Origin: Nitrospirota bacterium
GTDB lineage: Bacteria > Nitrospirota > UBA9217
Reading direction: 5' to 3'
NCBI GenBank assembly: GCA_963749655.1
Contig: CAVVOB010000024.1
Location: 156,926-220,925 of the forward strand
DNA length: 64,000 nt
A program made the position numbers and the translations under genes. This document shows, piece by piece, positions 32,602 through 44,577 of the stretch; within the stretch, counting starts at the first letter, position 1; each line of letters starts with the position of its first letter. A model generated the notes under the pieces. The model had not been told where the DNA came from. It saw only the letters and a list, made by a program, of their open reading frames with translations, and searched no databases.

Positions 32602-32943
32602 TTACTCTTTCGGCTTGTCTTTCTGTTCCGTGATGACGTGGCCCACGGAGCCTCGGGTGATCTTGATCTTGACGCCCTCGGCGATCTTGACGGTCAGCGT
32701 CTCGGGCGTGGTGTTCTCCACCGTGCCGTAAATGCCGCCGCCGGTGACGATCTCGTCGCCCTTCTTGAGATCTTCCACCATCTTTTTGTGCTCCTTCATC
32801 TTCTTCTGCTGGGGACGGATCAGGATGAAGTAGAAGATGGCGAAAATAGCCACCATCATGATGAGGCTTGAGTATCCGCCTCCTCCCTGTGTAGCCGCGT
32901 CGCCGCCGGGCGCCCCCATTGCATATGCTGTTGCGATGAACAT
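32602..32943 (-). CDS. yajC: preprotein translocase YajC
   Basis: FYFILIRPQQK, GDEIVTGGGIYG. Confidence 0.95.
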   Translation of the reverse strand: MFIATAYAMGAPGGDAATQGGGGYSSLIMMVAIFAIFYFILIRPQQKKMKEHKKMVEDLKKGDEIVTGGGIYGTVENTTPETLTVKIAEGVKIKITRGSVGHVITEQKDKPKE

Positions 32944-32990
32944 GGTTCCCTCCTGAGAGATTATTTTCAAATATCAAAATGCAACTTCTG

Positions 32991-34109
<1,119 letters not shown>

Positions 34110-34110
34110 T

Positions 34111-34256
34111 TAGCCACGAATTGACACGAATTTTCACGAATTAAAATCTAAAAGAATTTATTAACGGTAAAACTCAAATCCGCAAGAACCAAGTAATTGC
34201 ACTTATCTTCGGGCCCGTCTTTTCAATTCGTGTCAATTCGTGAAAATTCGTGGCCA
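34111..34256. repeat. inverted pair of three decamer units (cacgaatt core)
   Basis: tagccacgaattgacacgaattttcacgaatt ... aattcgtgtcaattcgtgaaaattcgtggcca. Confidence 0.88.
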
Positions 34257-34267
34257 AAAACATTTTT

Positions 34268-35932
34268 TCACATCCGGTCCGGCGCATTCACCCCGAGGAT
34301 CCTGAGCGCGCTCACGATCACCGTCTTGACCTGCTTCATGAGAAAAAGCTTCGCACCGGTCCTGGCAATGTCCTCGGTGATGACGCGGTGCTTGAAATAG
34401 TAGTTATGCAGCAGGCCGGCGAGGTCCTGGAGGTAAAAGGTCAGCCGGTGCGGTTCGTATGCCAGCGCCGCTTCTTCGACGACCTCGGGATACTTTGCCA
34501 GCGCCTTGATGATGTTCTGCTCTTCCTCGAGGTCGAGCAGGGCCGGATCCATGGTTTCGCGGGTCGGCACGGGTATCGCTCTCGACTCAGCTTCCCGGAA
34601 CAGGCTGGCCAGCCGGGCGTGTGCGTACTGGACATAGTAGACCGGGTTTTCCCGGGACTGCTCCTTGGCCACATCGAGATCGAAGTCGAGATGGCTGTCC
34701 GAACGGCGGGTCAGGAAAATATACCGCGCCGCGTCCGCGCCCACGTCCTGGACCACGTCCCGGAGCGTCACAAAGGTGCCCGCCCGCTTGGACATGGGCA
34801 CCGGCTTCCCGTGCCGCAGGATCGCCACGAGCTGCACCAGAACGACATGAAGCGAATCTTTGGGATGTCCGAAGGCCTGGATCACCGCCTGAACGCGCGG
34901 GATATAGCCATGGTGGTCGGCGCCCCAGATATTGACGAGCGTTTTGAAGCCCCGGCCGAGCTTGTTCCGGTGATAGGCGATGTCCGTGGCAAGATAGGTG
35001 TAGCTCCCGTCCTTTTTCACCACCACCCGGTCCTTGTCGTCGCCGTAGGTCGTGGAGCGAAGCCAGAAAGCGCCTTCGCCCTCGTACAGGTTGCCGTTGC
35101 CCTTCAGTTCGTCGAGCGATTTCTGGACCGATCCGTCCGTGAGCAGCGATGCTTCACTGAACCACGTATCGAACCGGACGCCGAAGGCATCGAGGTCCGT
35201 CCGGATGTCGGCGAGCATGGCATCCTTGCTGTATGCGCCGAACGCCGCCTCGCAGGACTCAAAGGGGACCTTCAGGAACTCAGTGCCGTGCTTCGCCCGG
35301 AACCCCTGGCTGATCTCCTCGATGTAGCTCCCGTGGTAGCCGTCTTCAGGGAAAGGAAAGTCATTACCCAGGGACTGCTGGTACCGTGCGTAGACGGAAA
35401 GCGCCAGAAGGCGTATCTGTCTGCCGGCGTCGTTGATGTAGAACTCCCGGCTCACGTCGAAGCCCACCGCGGCAAGAAGATTGGCCAGGGCATCGCCTAT
35501 TGCGGCGCCTCTGCCGTGGCCCACGTGAAGGGGACCCGTGGGATTTGCGCTCACGAACTCGACGAGCACCTTCTCTCCCCTGCCGATGTTCCGCAGGCCG
35601 TACTGCGCGCCGTCGGAATCGATTTCAAAGAGCGTCTGCTTCCAGCGGTCCTGCTTCAGGAAAAAATTGATGAACCCCGGGCCCGCGATCTCCGTCTTCT
35701 CGATGAGCCCATCGTGGTCCTCGATGTTGCCGAGGATGATCTCGGCGATCTTCCGGGGCGGCTTGGACTCGGGCTTGGCGAGCGTAAGAGCCAGCGTCGT
35801 CGCCAGATCTCCGTGATTTTTTTCCCGCGGGGTGTCGAGCGTAATAGACGGCAGTGTTTCGAGCTTCAGGTCGCCTTTCTGTTTTGCCCGTTCGAGGGCC
35901 TGGAGCAGGATTTCAGTTACGGTTTGTTTCAT
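34268..35932 (-). CDS. argS: arginine-tRNA ligase
   Basis: SANPTGPLHVGH, WGADHHGY, MSKRAG, YVQYAHAR. Confidence 0.97.
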   Translation of the reverse strand: MKQTVTEILLQALERAKQKGDLKLETLPSITLDTPREKNHGDLATTLALTLAKPESKPPRKIAEIILGNIEDHDGLIEKTEIAGPGFINFFLKQDRWKQTLFEIDSDGAQYGLRNIGRGEKVLVEFVSANPTGPLHVGHGRGAAIGDALANLLAAVGFDVSREFYINDAGRQIRLLALSVYARYQQSLGNDFPFPEDGYHGSYIEEISQGFRAKHGTEFLKVPFESCEAAFGAYSKDAMLADIRTDLDAFGVRFDTWFSEASLLTDGSVQKSLDELKGNGNLYEGEGAFWLRSTTYGDDKDRVVVKKDGSYTYLATDIAYHRNKLGRGFKTLVNIWGADHHGYIPRVQAVIQAFGHPKDSLHVVLVQLVAILRHGKPVPMSKRAGTFVTLRDVVQDVGADAARYIFLTRRSDSHLDFDLDVAKEQSRENPVYYVQYAHARLASLFREAESRAIPVPTRETMDPALLDLEEEQNIIKALAKYPEVVEEAALAYEPHRLTFYLQDLAGLLHNYYFKHRVITEDIARTGAKLFLMKQVKTVIVSALRILGVNAPDRM

Positions 35933-36061
35933 TGATGAAAGGATTGTCCTTGTCTTTACAGGATGGAAAGTATATCGTATTGTTCAAAAAAGTCAATAAA
36001 ATAATCCCTTTACTTAGTGTTTATGCTGTGGTATTTTAAGCCAGAAAATAGGAGCCGGCTC

Positions 36062-36529
36062 ATGTGGGTCCAGATGACCGTAAATACCGTCCTTTTCGAC
36101 AGCAGGAACAGCAGCTATATCGTCGTGCTGAAGGATGAGACGGGAAACAAGATACTTCCCATCTGGATCGGAGCAGCCGAAGGCAATTCGATTGCCATGG
36201 CCATGAGCAATGTGAAGACCGCCCGCCCCCTCACCCATGACCTGATGGTCAACGTGTTCGACCGCCTTGAGATCGAGATCGCCCGGGTGGTCATCAGCGA
36301 TCTGATCGACAATACCTTCTACGCCTCGCTCTACCTTCTCCACAATAACAAGGAGTTTCACATCGATTCACGACCCAGCGATGCCATAGCCATCGCCATC
36401 CGCATCGGCGCGCCCGTGTTCGTGGAAGAGGACGTCATTGCAAAGCAGGATTCCTCGATGATCGACACGTGGATGAAGAACCTCGGGGAAGGCGGCGGTG
36501 GTGAAGGCGGGCCGGAGTATAATGCCTAA
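36062..36529 (+). CDS. bifunctional nuclease (DUF151) family protein
   Basis: LPIWIG, RPLTHDL, DSRPSDAIA. Confidence 0.92.
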   Translation: MWVQMTVNTVLFDSRNSSYIVVLKDETGNKILPIWIGAAEGNSIAMAMSNVKTARPLTHDLMVNVFDRLEIEIARVVISDLIDNTFYASLYLLHNNKEFHIDSRPSDAIAIAIRIGAPVFVEEDVIAKQDSSMIDTWMKNLGEGGGGEGGPEYNA

Positions 36530-36532
36530 GCA

Positions 36533-36798
36533 AATGCGGAATGCGGAATTCGGAATGCGGAATAAGAACAAGCCGCAAAAACAAAACCACTAATTTGCGG
36601 GTTTGCTAGCTCACCGGCAAATCTCCAGCGATTCACTTCCCGAAATAACACTTCTGATCCGCCATACCGCTTATGAATTACCATTCTGATCAAATCCTTC
36701 GGCTGTTTATCCGCGATTAAAACCAACAATCCCAATGATGACTTGTTCTGGGACATCCATTCCTTAGGTCCTAATTCCGAATTCCGCATTCCGCACTT
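36533..36798. repeat. inverted heptamer repeats (tgcggaa) flanking ~210 bp AT-richer spacer
   Basis: aatgcggaatgcggaattcggaatgcggaat ... attccgaattccgcattccgca. Confidence 0.85.
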
Positions 36799-36799
36799 C

Positions 36800-37399
36800 T
36801 TATATTCCCCATCTCGGCGAAAGGTCGTTCTCGACCCCCAGCGCATCCAGCACCCTGCCCACAACAAAATCAACCATGTCGGCGATCTTTTTGGGATGAT
36901 GGTAGAAGGCCGGCATCGCCGGAATGATGTGGCAGCCCAGCTCGGCCAGGGTGAGCATATTCCTGAGATGGACGGCCGACAGCGGCATCTCGCGGGGAAC
37001 GATGACCAGTTTTCTTTTTTCCTTGAGCGTGACGTCCGCGGCCCGCTCGATCAGGTTCGACGCGAAGCCGTGCGCGATCGAGGCCAGGGTCTTCATGGAA
37101 CAAGGTATCACGACCATGCCATCGACCTTGACCGAACCGCTCGCGATGGGGACGTACATGTTGTCCTCGTCGAAATAATTGATCTGTCCCTCCTTCGCAC
37201 CGAGGTGTTTTTCAAGGGCGAACTGGATGTCCGTTTCCGAGCCCTTGAGAAGGAGCCCTGCCTCGTCGTTCAGGATCGACAGACCGTCCCCGGAAATGGA
37301 AAGGTAAACCGAATGCCCTCCCTTGACAAGGACCTCGAGCAGCCGGTGGGCATAGGGAGCGCCGCTCGCTCCGCTGATCGCAACAGTATAAGTCGACAC
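36800..37399 (-). CDS. ubiX: flavin prenyltransferase UbiX
   Basis: ISGASG, ASGS, PCSMKTL, RAADVTLKE, PAFYHHP. Confidence 0.95.
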   Translation of the reverse strand: MSTYTVAISGASGAPYAHRLLEVLVKGGHSVYLSISGDGLSILNDEAGLLLKGSETDIQFALEKHLGAKEGQINYFDEDNMYVPIASGSVKVDGMVVIPCSMKTLASIAHGFASNLIERAADVTLKEKRKLVIVPREMPLSAVHLRNMLTLAELGCHIIPAMPAFYHHPKKIADMVDFVVGRVLDALGVENDLSPRWGI

Positions 37400-37449
37400 G
37401 GGTCACCTCGTTTAAAACTGATTTTCCGAATCAAAACCACACGCTTTAC

Positions 37450-37541
37450 ACCGCGAAGGCGCAAAGGTCGCCAGAGAGGCGAATGCCCTCCGGTCTTATT
37501 CCGGATTTACGCTTTCCTCGCGCTCCTCGCGCCTTTGCGGT
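37450..37541. repeat. inverted pair of ~9-mer units (cgcNaag)
   Basis: accgcgaaggcgcaaaggtcgcc ... ctcgcgctcctcgcgcctttgcggt. Confidence 0.7.
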
Positions 37542-37556
37542 AATCTTTTTCCGTCA

Positions 37557-38771
37557 TCATGCCTCTTCCGGCTTTTTAATCTTCAGCATCGCCAGCATGA
37601 TGCATGCCAGCAGCGCGAATCCCGCTCCCATGCCGAATGCCGCTGTGGAGCCCGCCTTCTGCCAGATAAGACCGAAGAGAAGCGACGCGGGAAAAGCGCC
37701 TGCCCCCACGATCAGATGATAGAGCCCGAAGGCGGAACCGCGAAGGTGAGCGGGCGCAAAGTCGGCCACCAGTGCTTTTTCCACACCCTCGGTCAGACCA
37801 AAGTAGATGCCGTACACTGCGAAGAGCGCCCAGGCGTGCCAATACTGGTTCGCCAGACCGAATCCGGCATATACCAGAGCGTACACCAGCCATCCCGTGA
37901 CAATGACTTTCTTCCTCCCGATGCGGTCTGAGATGATGCCGCCGGGCACGGAAAAACCCATCTTCACCAGATGCAGCACGACCCAGATCGTCGGCAGCAG
38001 CGCTACGGACACGCCGAGCTGCTGGGCGCGCAGGAGCAGGAAGGCGTCCGTGGAGTTGCCGAGCGTAAAAATCAGGATGATGGCGAGATATTTGCGGAAC
38101 CCAACCGGCATCTCGGCCAGGGAAGACCTGAAGTTGAAGAATGACGAAGGAGCGGCACGGCGGCTTTCCGATGCCTTTTCCTGAAGCCCGAACAAAAGCA
38201 TGAGAACGGCGAGCAGGCCGGGGATGAACGACAGCAGGAAGATCGTTTTGATGTCATCGTGGAACAGGAGCAGCAGGGCGGTCGCGGCAAGGGGCCCGAC
38301 CACGGCGCCGCTGTGGTCCATGGCCCGGTGAAAGCCATAGGCTTTGCCCCGGAATTCCACCGGCGTTGAATCGGCGATGATCGCATCGCGGGGCGACGTA
38401 CGGAGCCCTTTGCCGACGCGGTCGGAAAACCGGAGCGTCAGAACATGCAGCCACGAGGTGGAGAAGGCTATGAGAGGCCGGATGACGTTCGAGATGGTGT
38501 AACCGGCCACGATCCAGCCCTTGCGTTTCCGCACCCGGTCCGACACGTATCCGGAATAGAGCTTGAGCAGCGAGGCGGTCGCCTCGGCAATGCCCTCGAT
38601 AATGCCGAGGGCAGCCGGTCCCGCGCCGAGAACCGTGGTCAGAAAAACCGGCAGCAGCGGATAGATCATCTCGGAGGCGCCGTCGTTCAGGAGGCTGACG
38701 AAGCCGAGAACCACGACGTTTCGGGTCAGCCCCTTGCGCCAGCCGGAGGTTGTGGGTTGTCTTTCCGCCAT
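37557..38771 (-). CDS. MFS transporter
   Basis: DRVGKGLRTSPRDA, GIISDRIGRK; ~12 TM. Confidence 0.92.
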   Translation of the reverse strand: MAERQPTTSGWRKGLTRNVVVLGFVSLLNDGASEMIYPLLPVFLTTVLGAGPAALGIIEGIAEATASLLKLYSGYVSDRVRKRKGWIVAGYTISNVIRPLIAFSTSWLHVLTLRFSDRVGKGLRTSPRDAIIADSTPVEFRGKAYGFHRAMDHSGAVVGPLAATALLLLFHDDIKTIFLLSFIPGLLAVLMLLFGLQEKASESRRAAPSSFFNFRSSLAEMPVGFRKYLAIILIFTLGNSTDAFLLLRAQQLGVSVALLPTIWVVLHLVKMGFSVPGGIISDRIGRKKVIVTGWLVYALVYAGFGLANQYWHAWALFAVYGIYFGLTEGVEKALVADFAPAHLRGSAFGLYHLIVGAGAFPASLLFGLIWQKAGSTAAFGMGAGFALLACIMLAMLKIKKPEEA

Positions 38772-38921
38772 AGGTAATCGGGACTTTACCCGATTTAAGG
38801 ACAATTTTCAAGTGAATGCTTGCGTGATTGTCCCCGCCCGGGCGGAGCAGGAAACCCCCTCGGATTTCCAAGATTCGGATCTTCGCAGCAGCGCTTCACT
38901 GCCTCTGCGGTTGACGCCGCC

Positions 38922-40451
38922 TCAGGCAGCGAGGGACTCTCCCATTGCCGGCGCAGCGAGCATGGCCGACCTGCCGGCTGCAACCGGGACTGCCGGTAAA
39001 GCAGTCTCTTCGATCTGCCCGTCAGCTCCGATGGTGAAGAAAGCAATGGCATGCTGGAGCTGTTCCGACTGGGCAGCCAGCTCCTCGGACGCAACGGCCA
39101 TGGTGCCTGATGCTCCGGTAAACTGCTGGATCAGCCGGTCCAGCTGTATTGTGGCCTTGCTGATCTGATCCACGGCGGTGCGCTGCTCCGCGCTTGCAGC
39201 GGAGATCTCCTGAACGAGCTCCGCAGTCCTCCGGATGTCGGGCACGATCTGCGACAGTACTGCGCCCGCCGACTCGGCGACCTCGACGCTCGATGCAGAA
39301 ACCTCCCGGATGTCGAGGGCCGCGGCCTGGCTTTTTTCCGCCAGCTTTCTGACCTCCGACGCGACGACTGCGAACCCCTTGCCGTGCGTGCCTGCCCGCG
39401 CCGCCTCGATCGCCGCGTTGAGCGCCAGCATGTTCGTCTGGCGGGCGATCTCCTCGACGATCGATATCTTGCCTGCGATTTCCTTCATGGCCTTGACGGT
39501 CAGCGAAACCGCCGTACCCCCTTCCTGCGCGGCGCCGGCTGTTTTCAAGGCGATCTTCTCTGTTTCCCCTGCATTTTCGGCGTTCTGCCTGATATTGGAG
39601 GCCATCTGGTGCACCGAGGCCGCAACCTGCACTGCCGCTGCCGCCTGCTCCTGGGCCCCGCGAGACATCATGGCCGAATCGGAATGCACCTTCCGGCTTT
39701 CCGCCGTCACGGTGTCGGTCGTGGACTTGACGCTGGTGACCACGGACCTGAGCCTGGCCACCATCGTACTCATGACATGCAGCAGATACCCCAGCTCGTC
39801 GTTCTTCCCGACATCGATGGAAACCGTCAAGTCTCCCGATGCCAGACGGTCGGCAACAGCCACGGCCTGCCTGAGCGGCCGTTCGATGAGCCTGCGGATG
39901 AGATAGCGCACGCCGATTGCCACGGACATCAGCGCCAGGAGCGTGCTGAACGCAGTGATCATCAGCGATCTTCGCGCGCTTTCAGCCAAAGCCCGCCTGC
40001 TGTACCCCAGGGACAGGTGGCCGAGAAGGTTGTCTGCCTCGTCCTTGACCGCTGATTCATAGACCAGGAGATCCGCTGCATCCTTCGGAACGATTGAGGA
40101 TATGGTCACAGGATTGCGCTTCTCGTCGAAATAGACTGCATACACTACGTCAGGCGTCTTAATGATTTCCTTCACGAAACCGTCGAGAGCTCCGAGGTCG
40201 AAATTACGATAATAGTAGATGCCGGTTTTGGCCATATAACGCACCATTGCGTTACCGCGCGCATCCATTTGCTGCCGGATCTGCGCGACATTCGTTCTAT
40301 AGCCGATGAAGGCGAGCAGAACGATGAGCGCCACGACAAAGGCCAGACTCGACAGGAGGAACGTCCTGCCGATGGAATGGGTCTGGACAAAATCGTCCGA
40401 GGATACTGCAGGCTGCATGCGCTGTACGGTAGATCCCGTGAACGTGTCCAT
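38922..40451 (-). CDS. methyl-accepting chemotaxis protein
   Basis: Two TMs, [24 protein letters not shown]...[13 protein letters not shown]; start uncertain. Confidence 0.94.
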   Translation of the reverse strand: MDTFTGSTVQRMQPAVSSDDFVQTHSIGRTFLLSSLAFVVALIVLLAFIGYRTNVAQIRQQMDARGNAMVRYMAKTGIYYYRNFDLGALDGFVKEIIKTPDVVYAVYFDEKRNPVTISSIVPKDAADLLVYESAVKDEADNLLGHLSLGYSRRALAESARRSLMITAFSTLLALMSVAIGVRYLIRRLIERPLRQAVAVADRLASGDLTVSIDVGKNDELGYLLHVMSTMVARLRSVVTSVKSTTDTVTAESRKVHSDSAMMSRGAQEQAAAAVQVAASVHQMASNIRQNAENAGETEKIALKTAGAAQEGGTAVSLTVKAMKEIAGKISIVEEIARQTNMLALNAAIEAARAGTHGKGFAVVASEVRKLAEKSQAAALDIREVSASSVEVAESAGAVLSQIVPDIRRTAELVQEISAASAEQRTAVDQISKATIQLDRLIQQFTGASGTMAVASEELAAQSEQLQHAIAFFTIGADGQIEETALPAVPVAAGRSAMLAAPAMGESLAA

Positions 40452-40462
40452 GTTCTCTCTCC

Positions 40463-41644
40463 TCACTCCTTGACGGGAACGACCCGCCCCCCCGATATTT
40501 TCGTGAGATAGATTTTCGAGAGTGCCTGGTGATCCTGTGGTGAAAAGGAAACCTCCAGGCCGCCCAGGTTCGTCTTCAGACTTTCGGCCGCTGATATAAA
40601 TGAGTCCCGCGTGAGAGGACCTTCCACTTTTGTCAGCGCCTCGGCGAATACAACCGCGTCGATGTATCCTTCGAGGTCGGTATAATCCAGGTCGCCGTGG
40701 CCGGCGGCCTTCATGTCCTTCTCGTACTGCCGGACGACGTGCAGCGACGGGTCCCGGGGAGAGGGCATGACCTGGGTAATCAGCACACCGTCTCCTGCAC
40801 CGCCGAGCTCCCGGGCCAGGGCCGCCGGTCCGACAAAGGACACGTTGAGAAAGACGGGGTTGAACCCCTGGCTCTTAGCTTTCTTGATAAAGGCGGCCAT
40901 GGCCTTGTACGTGCCCACCATGATTACCGCTTCGGGGTTGTACGCTTTCAGAGCGGCCAGGCCGGCATCGATGTTTTCGGTGTTCCGCTCGTATGTGCCC
41001 TCGCCCGCGATTTCCAGACTGCGTTTTTTTAGCGCTTTTACGACGCCGCCCTTGACCGACAGCCCGTACGCATCGTTCTGGATGAATACGCCGATCTTTT
41101 TCTTTCCCATTTTCTCCGTCAGGTATCTGACCTGCGTTTCCGCTTCATCGAAATAGCTTCCGCGCACATTGAAAATATTTTTCGCCACCGGCGTTCGCAG
41201 AAACTCGGCGCCGGTAAAAGGCCCCCAGTACACCATCTTCTCCTTGTTGATGATCGGGAGAATGGCCGTGGAGGTGGGCGTTCCCACGTAGCCGAACAGG
41301 GCGAAGACCCTGTCCTGGGCGATGAGCTTGTTCGTGTTCTCGACCGTGCGCTTGGGCTCGTATCCGTCGTCATAGCTGATCACTCGGATCTTCCTTCCCT
41401 TCACGCCGCCGGCCTTGTTGATCCTGCTGAAATATGCCATCGCCCCTGACTTGACTCCGGTCCCAAGCGCCGACGCCGGCCCGGACAGGGCATTCGACAT
41501 GCCGATCACGATCTCATGGTCGGTCACCCCCTGTTCTTCTGCTCCTGATGGAGCAGGGCTGGCCGCCAGAAAAAGGAGACCCGCGATATACAATGCGAAG
41601 ATCCTGAGCCAAATTCTTTGCTGTTTTACCTCGGCATCACGCAT
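40463..41644 (-). CDS. periplasmic substrate-binding protein, LivJ-like
   Basis: Signal peptide; [29 protein letters not shown]. Confidence 0.9.
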   Translation of the reverse strand: MRDAEVKQQRIWLRIFALYIAGLLFLAASPAPSGAEEQGVTDHEIVIGMSNALSGPASALGTGVKSGAMAYFSRINKAGGVKGRKIRVISYDDGYEPKRTVENTNKLIAQDRVFALFGYVGTPTSTAILPIINKEKMVYWGPFTGAEFLRTPVAKNIFNVRGSYFDEAETQVRYLTEKMGKKKIGVFIQNDAYGLSVKGGVVKALKKRSLEIAGEGTYERNTENIDAGLAALKAYNPEAVIMVGTYKAMAAFIKKAKSQGFNPVFLNVSFVGPAALARELGGAGDGVLITQVMPSPRDPSLHVVRQYEKDMKAAGHGDLDYTDLEGYIDAVVFAEALTKVEGPLTRDSFISAAESLKTNLGGLEVSFSPQDHQALSKIYLTKISGGRVVPVKE

Positions 41645-41817
41645 GATGCACCTCCTGACAGGTTGATGACCGGATGGCTGAGACGGTGCAAACATTTCTG
41701 TCCGGCAAGAAGAGCGCCGTTAAAAAGCAAAGCCTATGCGCTTGCGCAGACTGCACCACCATGCAACTACGTATACAAATACGAATATATAATACCTGAC
41801 GGAATGATCAATATAAG

Positions 41818-41833
41818 AGCAAGTTATATGCCA
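41818..41833 (-). promoter_or_regulatory. sigma54 (-24/-12) promoter
   Basis: Minus strand TGGCAT-ATAAC-TTGCT, matching consensus spacing, ~175 nt upstream of the binding-protein gene. Confidence 0.75.
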
Positions 41834-42141
41834 TCCACCTCAGCACTCATAAAAACAAACATTTAACATGGCTTGTATTACTTACGAAGAGTCCGTTTAA
41901 AGACATGCTGTCGCTTTTCCGACGCTAAACGCGCTTCGCATCTCTTACTCTGAACAACAAAACACAGGGTGCAAAATGGTTGCAGAGACACTAAATTGCT
42001 GTTTTCCAACTTTTCACCCGACATACCGAGCGAATTACAACTCTGCCTGAAAAACAAAAATCTTGCAGAGGCACGCAACTTAGTATAATATTCTGATGCT
42101 GTGATGGAAATCCAACGGTCCCGCGAGGAGGATTCTGGAAT

Positions 42142-42582
42142 ATGCCGGAACTTGTGATGGTCTCGAGCATCGAAAAGAAAGAGCAGCTCAAAACCTATTT
42201 GGAGGAGCTTTTCAAGAAGGAACGCTGGTCTGAGATAACGCAGGCAATAGGCATGCACTCGATCCTGATCGATCCGCAGCACACGATGGCCGATCAGGCG
42301 GACCTGTACCGCTTTGTCCTGAACATGATCAAAAGCCGTATCAACAAAGCCAAGGGGAAAAACTACGGTGCGTGGTATGGGGATTTTCCGAAGGTGATGG
42401 ACCGGATTGTGTCTGCAAAACAGGTCGTGACCGATGCCGCTGCTGCCGACGCGCTGGCCTCGCACCAGGCCGCTTACGGCCCTTTCAAGTCTGTTGACGA
42501 TTTCTTTTTCTGGGCACTTGACGACCGGCGGCTGCCCATGAAGCAGATCATGGCGTATATCCTGAAGACGGCGAATGAGTAG
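42142..42582 (+). CDS. hypothetical protein
   Basis: GAGGAGG upstream, coding-like codon usage, downstream terminator. Confidence 0.75.
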   Translation: MPELVMVSSIEKKEQLKTYLEELFKKERWSEITQAIGMHSILIDPQHTMADQADLYRFVLNMIKSRINKAKGKNYGAWYGDFPKVMDRIVSAKQVVTDAAAADALASHQAAYGPFKSVDDFFFWALDDRRLPMKQIMAYILKTANE

Positions 42583-42629
42583 CCTCTTCCCCCTCGTCGA
42601 GGAAGAGTCATCTGAAGATATCAGCACTG

Positions 42630-42668
42630 ATAAGGGAGAGAATCGAACATTCTCTCCCTTATTTTTTT
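42630..42668 (+). terminator. intrinsic terminator between convergent genes
   Basis: ataagggagagaat-cgaac-attctctcccttat followed by T run. Confidence 0.8.
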
Positions 42669-43695
42669 ACAGGGGCACCGCCCTCAACACTTCCTCGACC
42701 GTGATTCCGGTCATGCACAGGACATTCCGTTCACATCGTTTCCGCTGAAAACAGGGAGAGCATTCGCTGCCTGCGCGCACTACGCTGTGGGACGGCCCGT
42801 AGGGGCCTGTCCTCCAGGGCGCCGTGGGCCCGAAGAGAGCGACAACCCGCGCTCCTGCCGCGGCAGCCAGGTGCATGGGCCCGGTATCGGTGGTTATAAA
42901 GACATCAGCAAGGGACGAGAGGGCCGCCAGTTCCTTGAGCGTGGTCTCTCCTGCCCAGTTGAACGCCCCCTTTTCCTTCATCAGGGAAAGGATCCGGTCG
43001 ACCGTGTCGCGGTCCGCCCCGCTCCCCGTAAAGACAACAACAGCTTTCCTTTCCCGGATCAGACGGTCCGCGAGCCTTGCAAAATTCCGCTCCGGCCAGA
43101 GCTTCGTCATCCACCTCGCCACAGGATTCAGGATCACCAGCGGCCTGCCCGGCGCGGTATTCTTCAGCCGCTGCTCCATTGCAGCGCGCTCCCGATCGAT
43201 CGGCAGTGTGCACGCAGGCAATGGGTCAACGGCCCCCAGGTACCGGGCGACGTCGAGATAGCGCTCGAGCGCATGTTTTTCAACATCGTATGCGGGAAGC
43301 CGTTCGTTCAGGAAAAGAGAGGAGTACTCCCGCGTCCGGTCGAACCCGATTTTCCGAAAGGCCCGTGCGAGGCCGATGAGGACCCCGCTCTTCAGCAGCC
43401 CCTGAAAATCTATGGCAATATCGTACCGGGTGCGCCGCAGTTCGCGGATGAACGCGATGATGCCCTTCATGCCCGAAACGAAGGTCAAAGGATTCGCGAG
43501 GCGGTTGAACCACGTTTTCCGCTGCGAGATCAGCAGGCGATCGATGAGCGGGTGGCCTTCGAGAATGCCGGCAGCTGCCTCTTCCACCACCCAGGTGATC
43601 CGGCTGTCGGGAAAACGTTGTTTCAACGCCTCGAGGGCAGGCAGCGTCTGGACCACGTCGCCGATGGCCGACAATTTGATGATAAGAATATTCAT
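42667..43695 (-). CDS. GT9 LPS heptosyltransferase (WaaC/WaaF-like)
   Basis: KLSAIGDV, DFQGLLKS, DTGPMHLAAA, LFGPT. Confidence 0.92.
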   Translation of the reverse strand: MNILIIKLSAIGDVVQTLPALEALKQRFPDSRITWVVEEAAAGILEGHPLIDRLLISQRKTWFNRLANPLTFVSGMKGIIAFIRELRRTRYDIAIDFQGLLKSGVLIGLARAFRKIGFDRTREYSSLFLNERLPAYDVEKHALERYLDVARYLGAVDPLPACTLPIDRERAAMEQRLKNTAPGRPLVILNPVARWMTKLWPERNFARLADRLIRERKAVVVFTGSGADRDTVDRILSLMKEKGAFNWAGETTLKELAALSSLADVFITTDTGPMHLAAAAGARVVALFGPTAPWRTGPYGPSHSVVRAGSECSPCFQRKRCERNVLCMTGITVEEVLRAVPL

Positions 43696-43905
43696 GGCAA
43701 AATAGCGCCTTCAATCATAAGCCATCCCGGCCGGGCAGTCAACACAGAAGCGGCCTTGATCGTCGAATGCGGACCATACGACGCCGGCTTGTACGTCTGC
43801 CTTGCTTCGCACTGTCTTGGCTGTACTTCTTCGGCTTATCCTTCTAAGCAAAATGCGCTCTTTTATCTGGTTCATGCCGGTTTGGCAATCCTTCTTCAGC
43901 CTGCT

Positions 43906-44577
43906 TCATTGCTGCAGCGTATTTTCCGGCCTCGTTGACAAACGTTCGAGAATGACCGTGCGCCGGTAATCCAGAAGCGCTAGCAGTTTTTCCTCTTCTG
44001 CGGTCCGCTGGTTCTTGGCCTCAAGCCGGGCCCGTTCGCGGTCGATGCTCACCGGACGTGAAATCAGCGTTTTTCCGGCCTTCTCCCGGACGTTCCAAAG
44101 AGGAAGGTACTCAACGTTTGCAAGGGAAATCGTTCCGTGCTTTTTTCGTATGGTGATCATAAGGATGATGCCGTCTCCCCGAAGCGCTTTGGCTTGAGAC
44201 CGGTTTTTCACGGTGACTCCCACGTTCTGACTGGAGATGAAATTTCCGAGGCTGTACGCGATCAGGCCGAGCCTCCCGTCGCGCGCTTCATAGGATTCGA
44301 TCGATTGAAGCACATGGGGATGGTGCCCCAGGATGATGTCGGCTCCCGCTTCGATCAATGCCGTCGCCGCCTTTCGCTGCCAGGACGAAGGTTCGGTCCG
44401 GTATTCGTCGCTCCAGTGGAGAGACACGAGCACCAGGTCTGCTGCCTGCCTGGCTTTCCGGACGTCCGACGCCGCCAGAGCAAGGTCTTCCCCGGAGCCC
44501 TCCCTCAGAATGTTGATAGAGGGCATGCCTTTCTTTTTTCGCGGCATGCCGCTGTTCGTACCGTAGGTGTATGCCAA
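43906..44577 (-). CDS. CapA-family metallophosphatase, C-terminal half only (cut at junction)
   Basis: LAYTYGTN, VSLHWSDEY, IILGHHPHVLQ, YSLGNF; N-terminal half replaced by AT-rich DNA. Confidence 0.85.
   Translation of the reverse strand: MAYTYGTNSGMPRKKKGMPSINILREGSGEDLALAASDVRKARQAADLVLVSLHWSDEYRTEPSSWQRKAATALIEAGADIILGHHPHVLQSIESYEARDGRLGLIAYSLGNFISSQNVGVTVKNRSQAKALRGDGIILMITIRKKHGTISLANVEYLPLWNVREKAGKTLISRPVSIDRERARLEAKNQRTAEEEKLLALLDYRRTVILERLSTRPENTLQQ

Noticed and set aside
41726-41742. Second sigma54 site (GCGCAT-N5-TTGCT)
   Set aside because: Lacks the invariant GG at -24.
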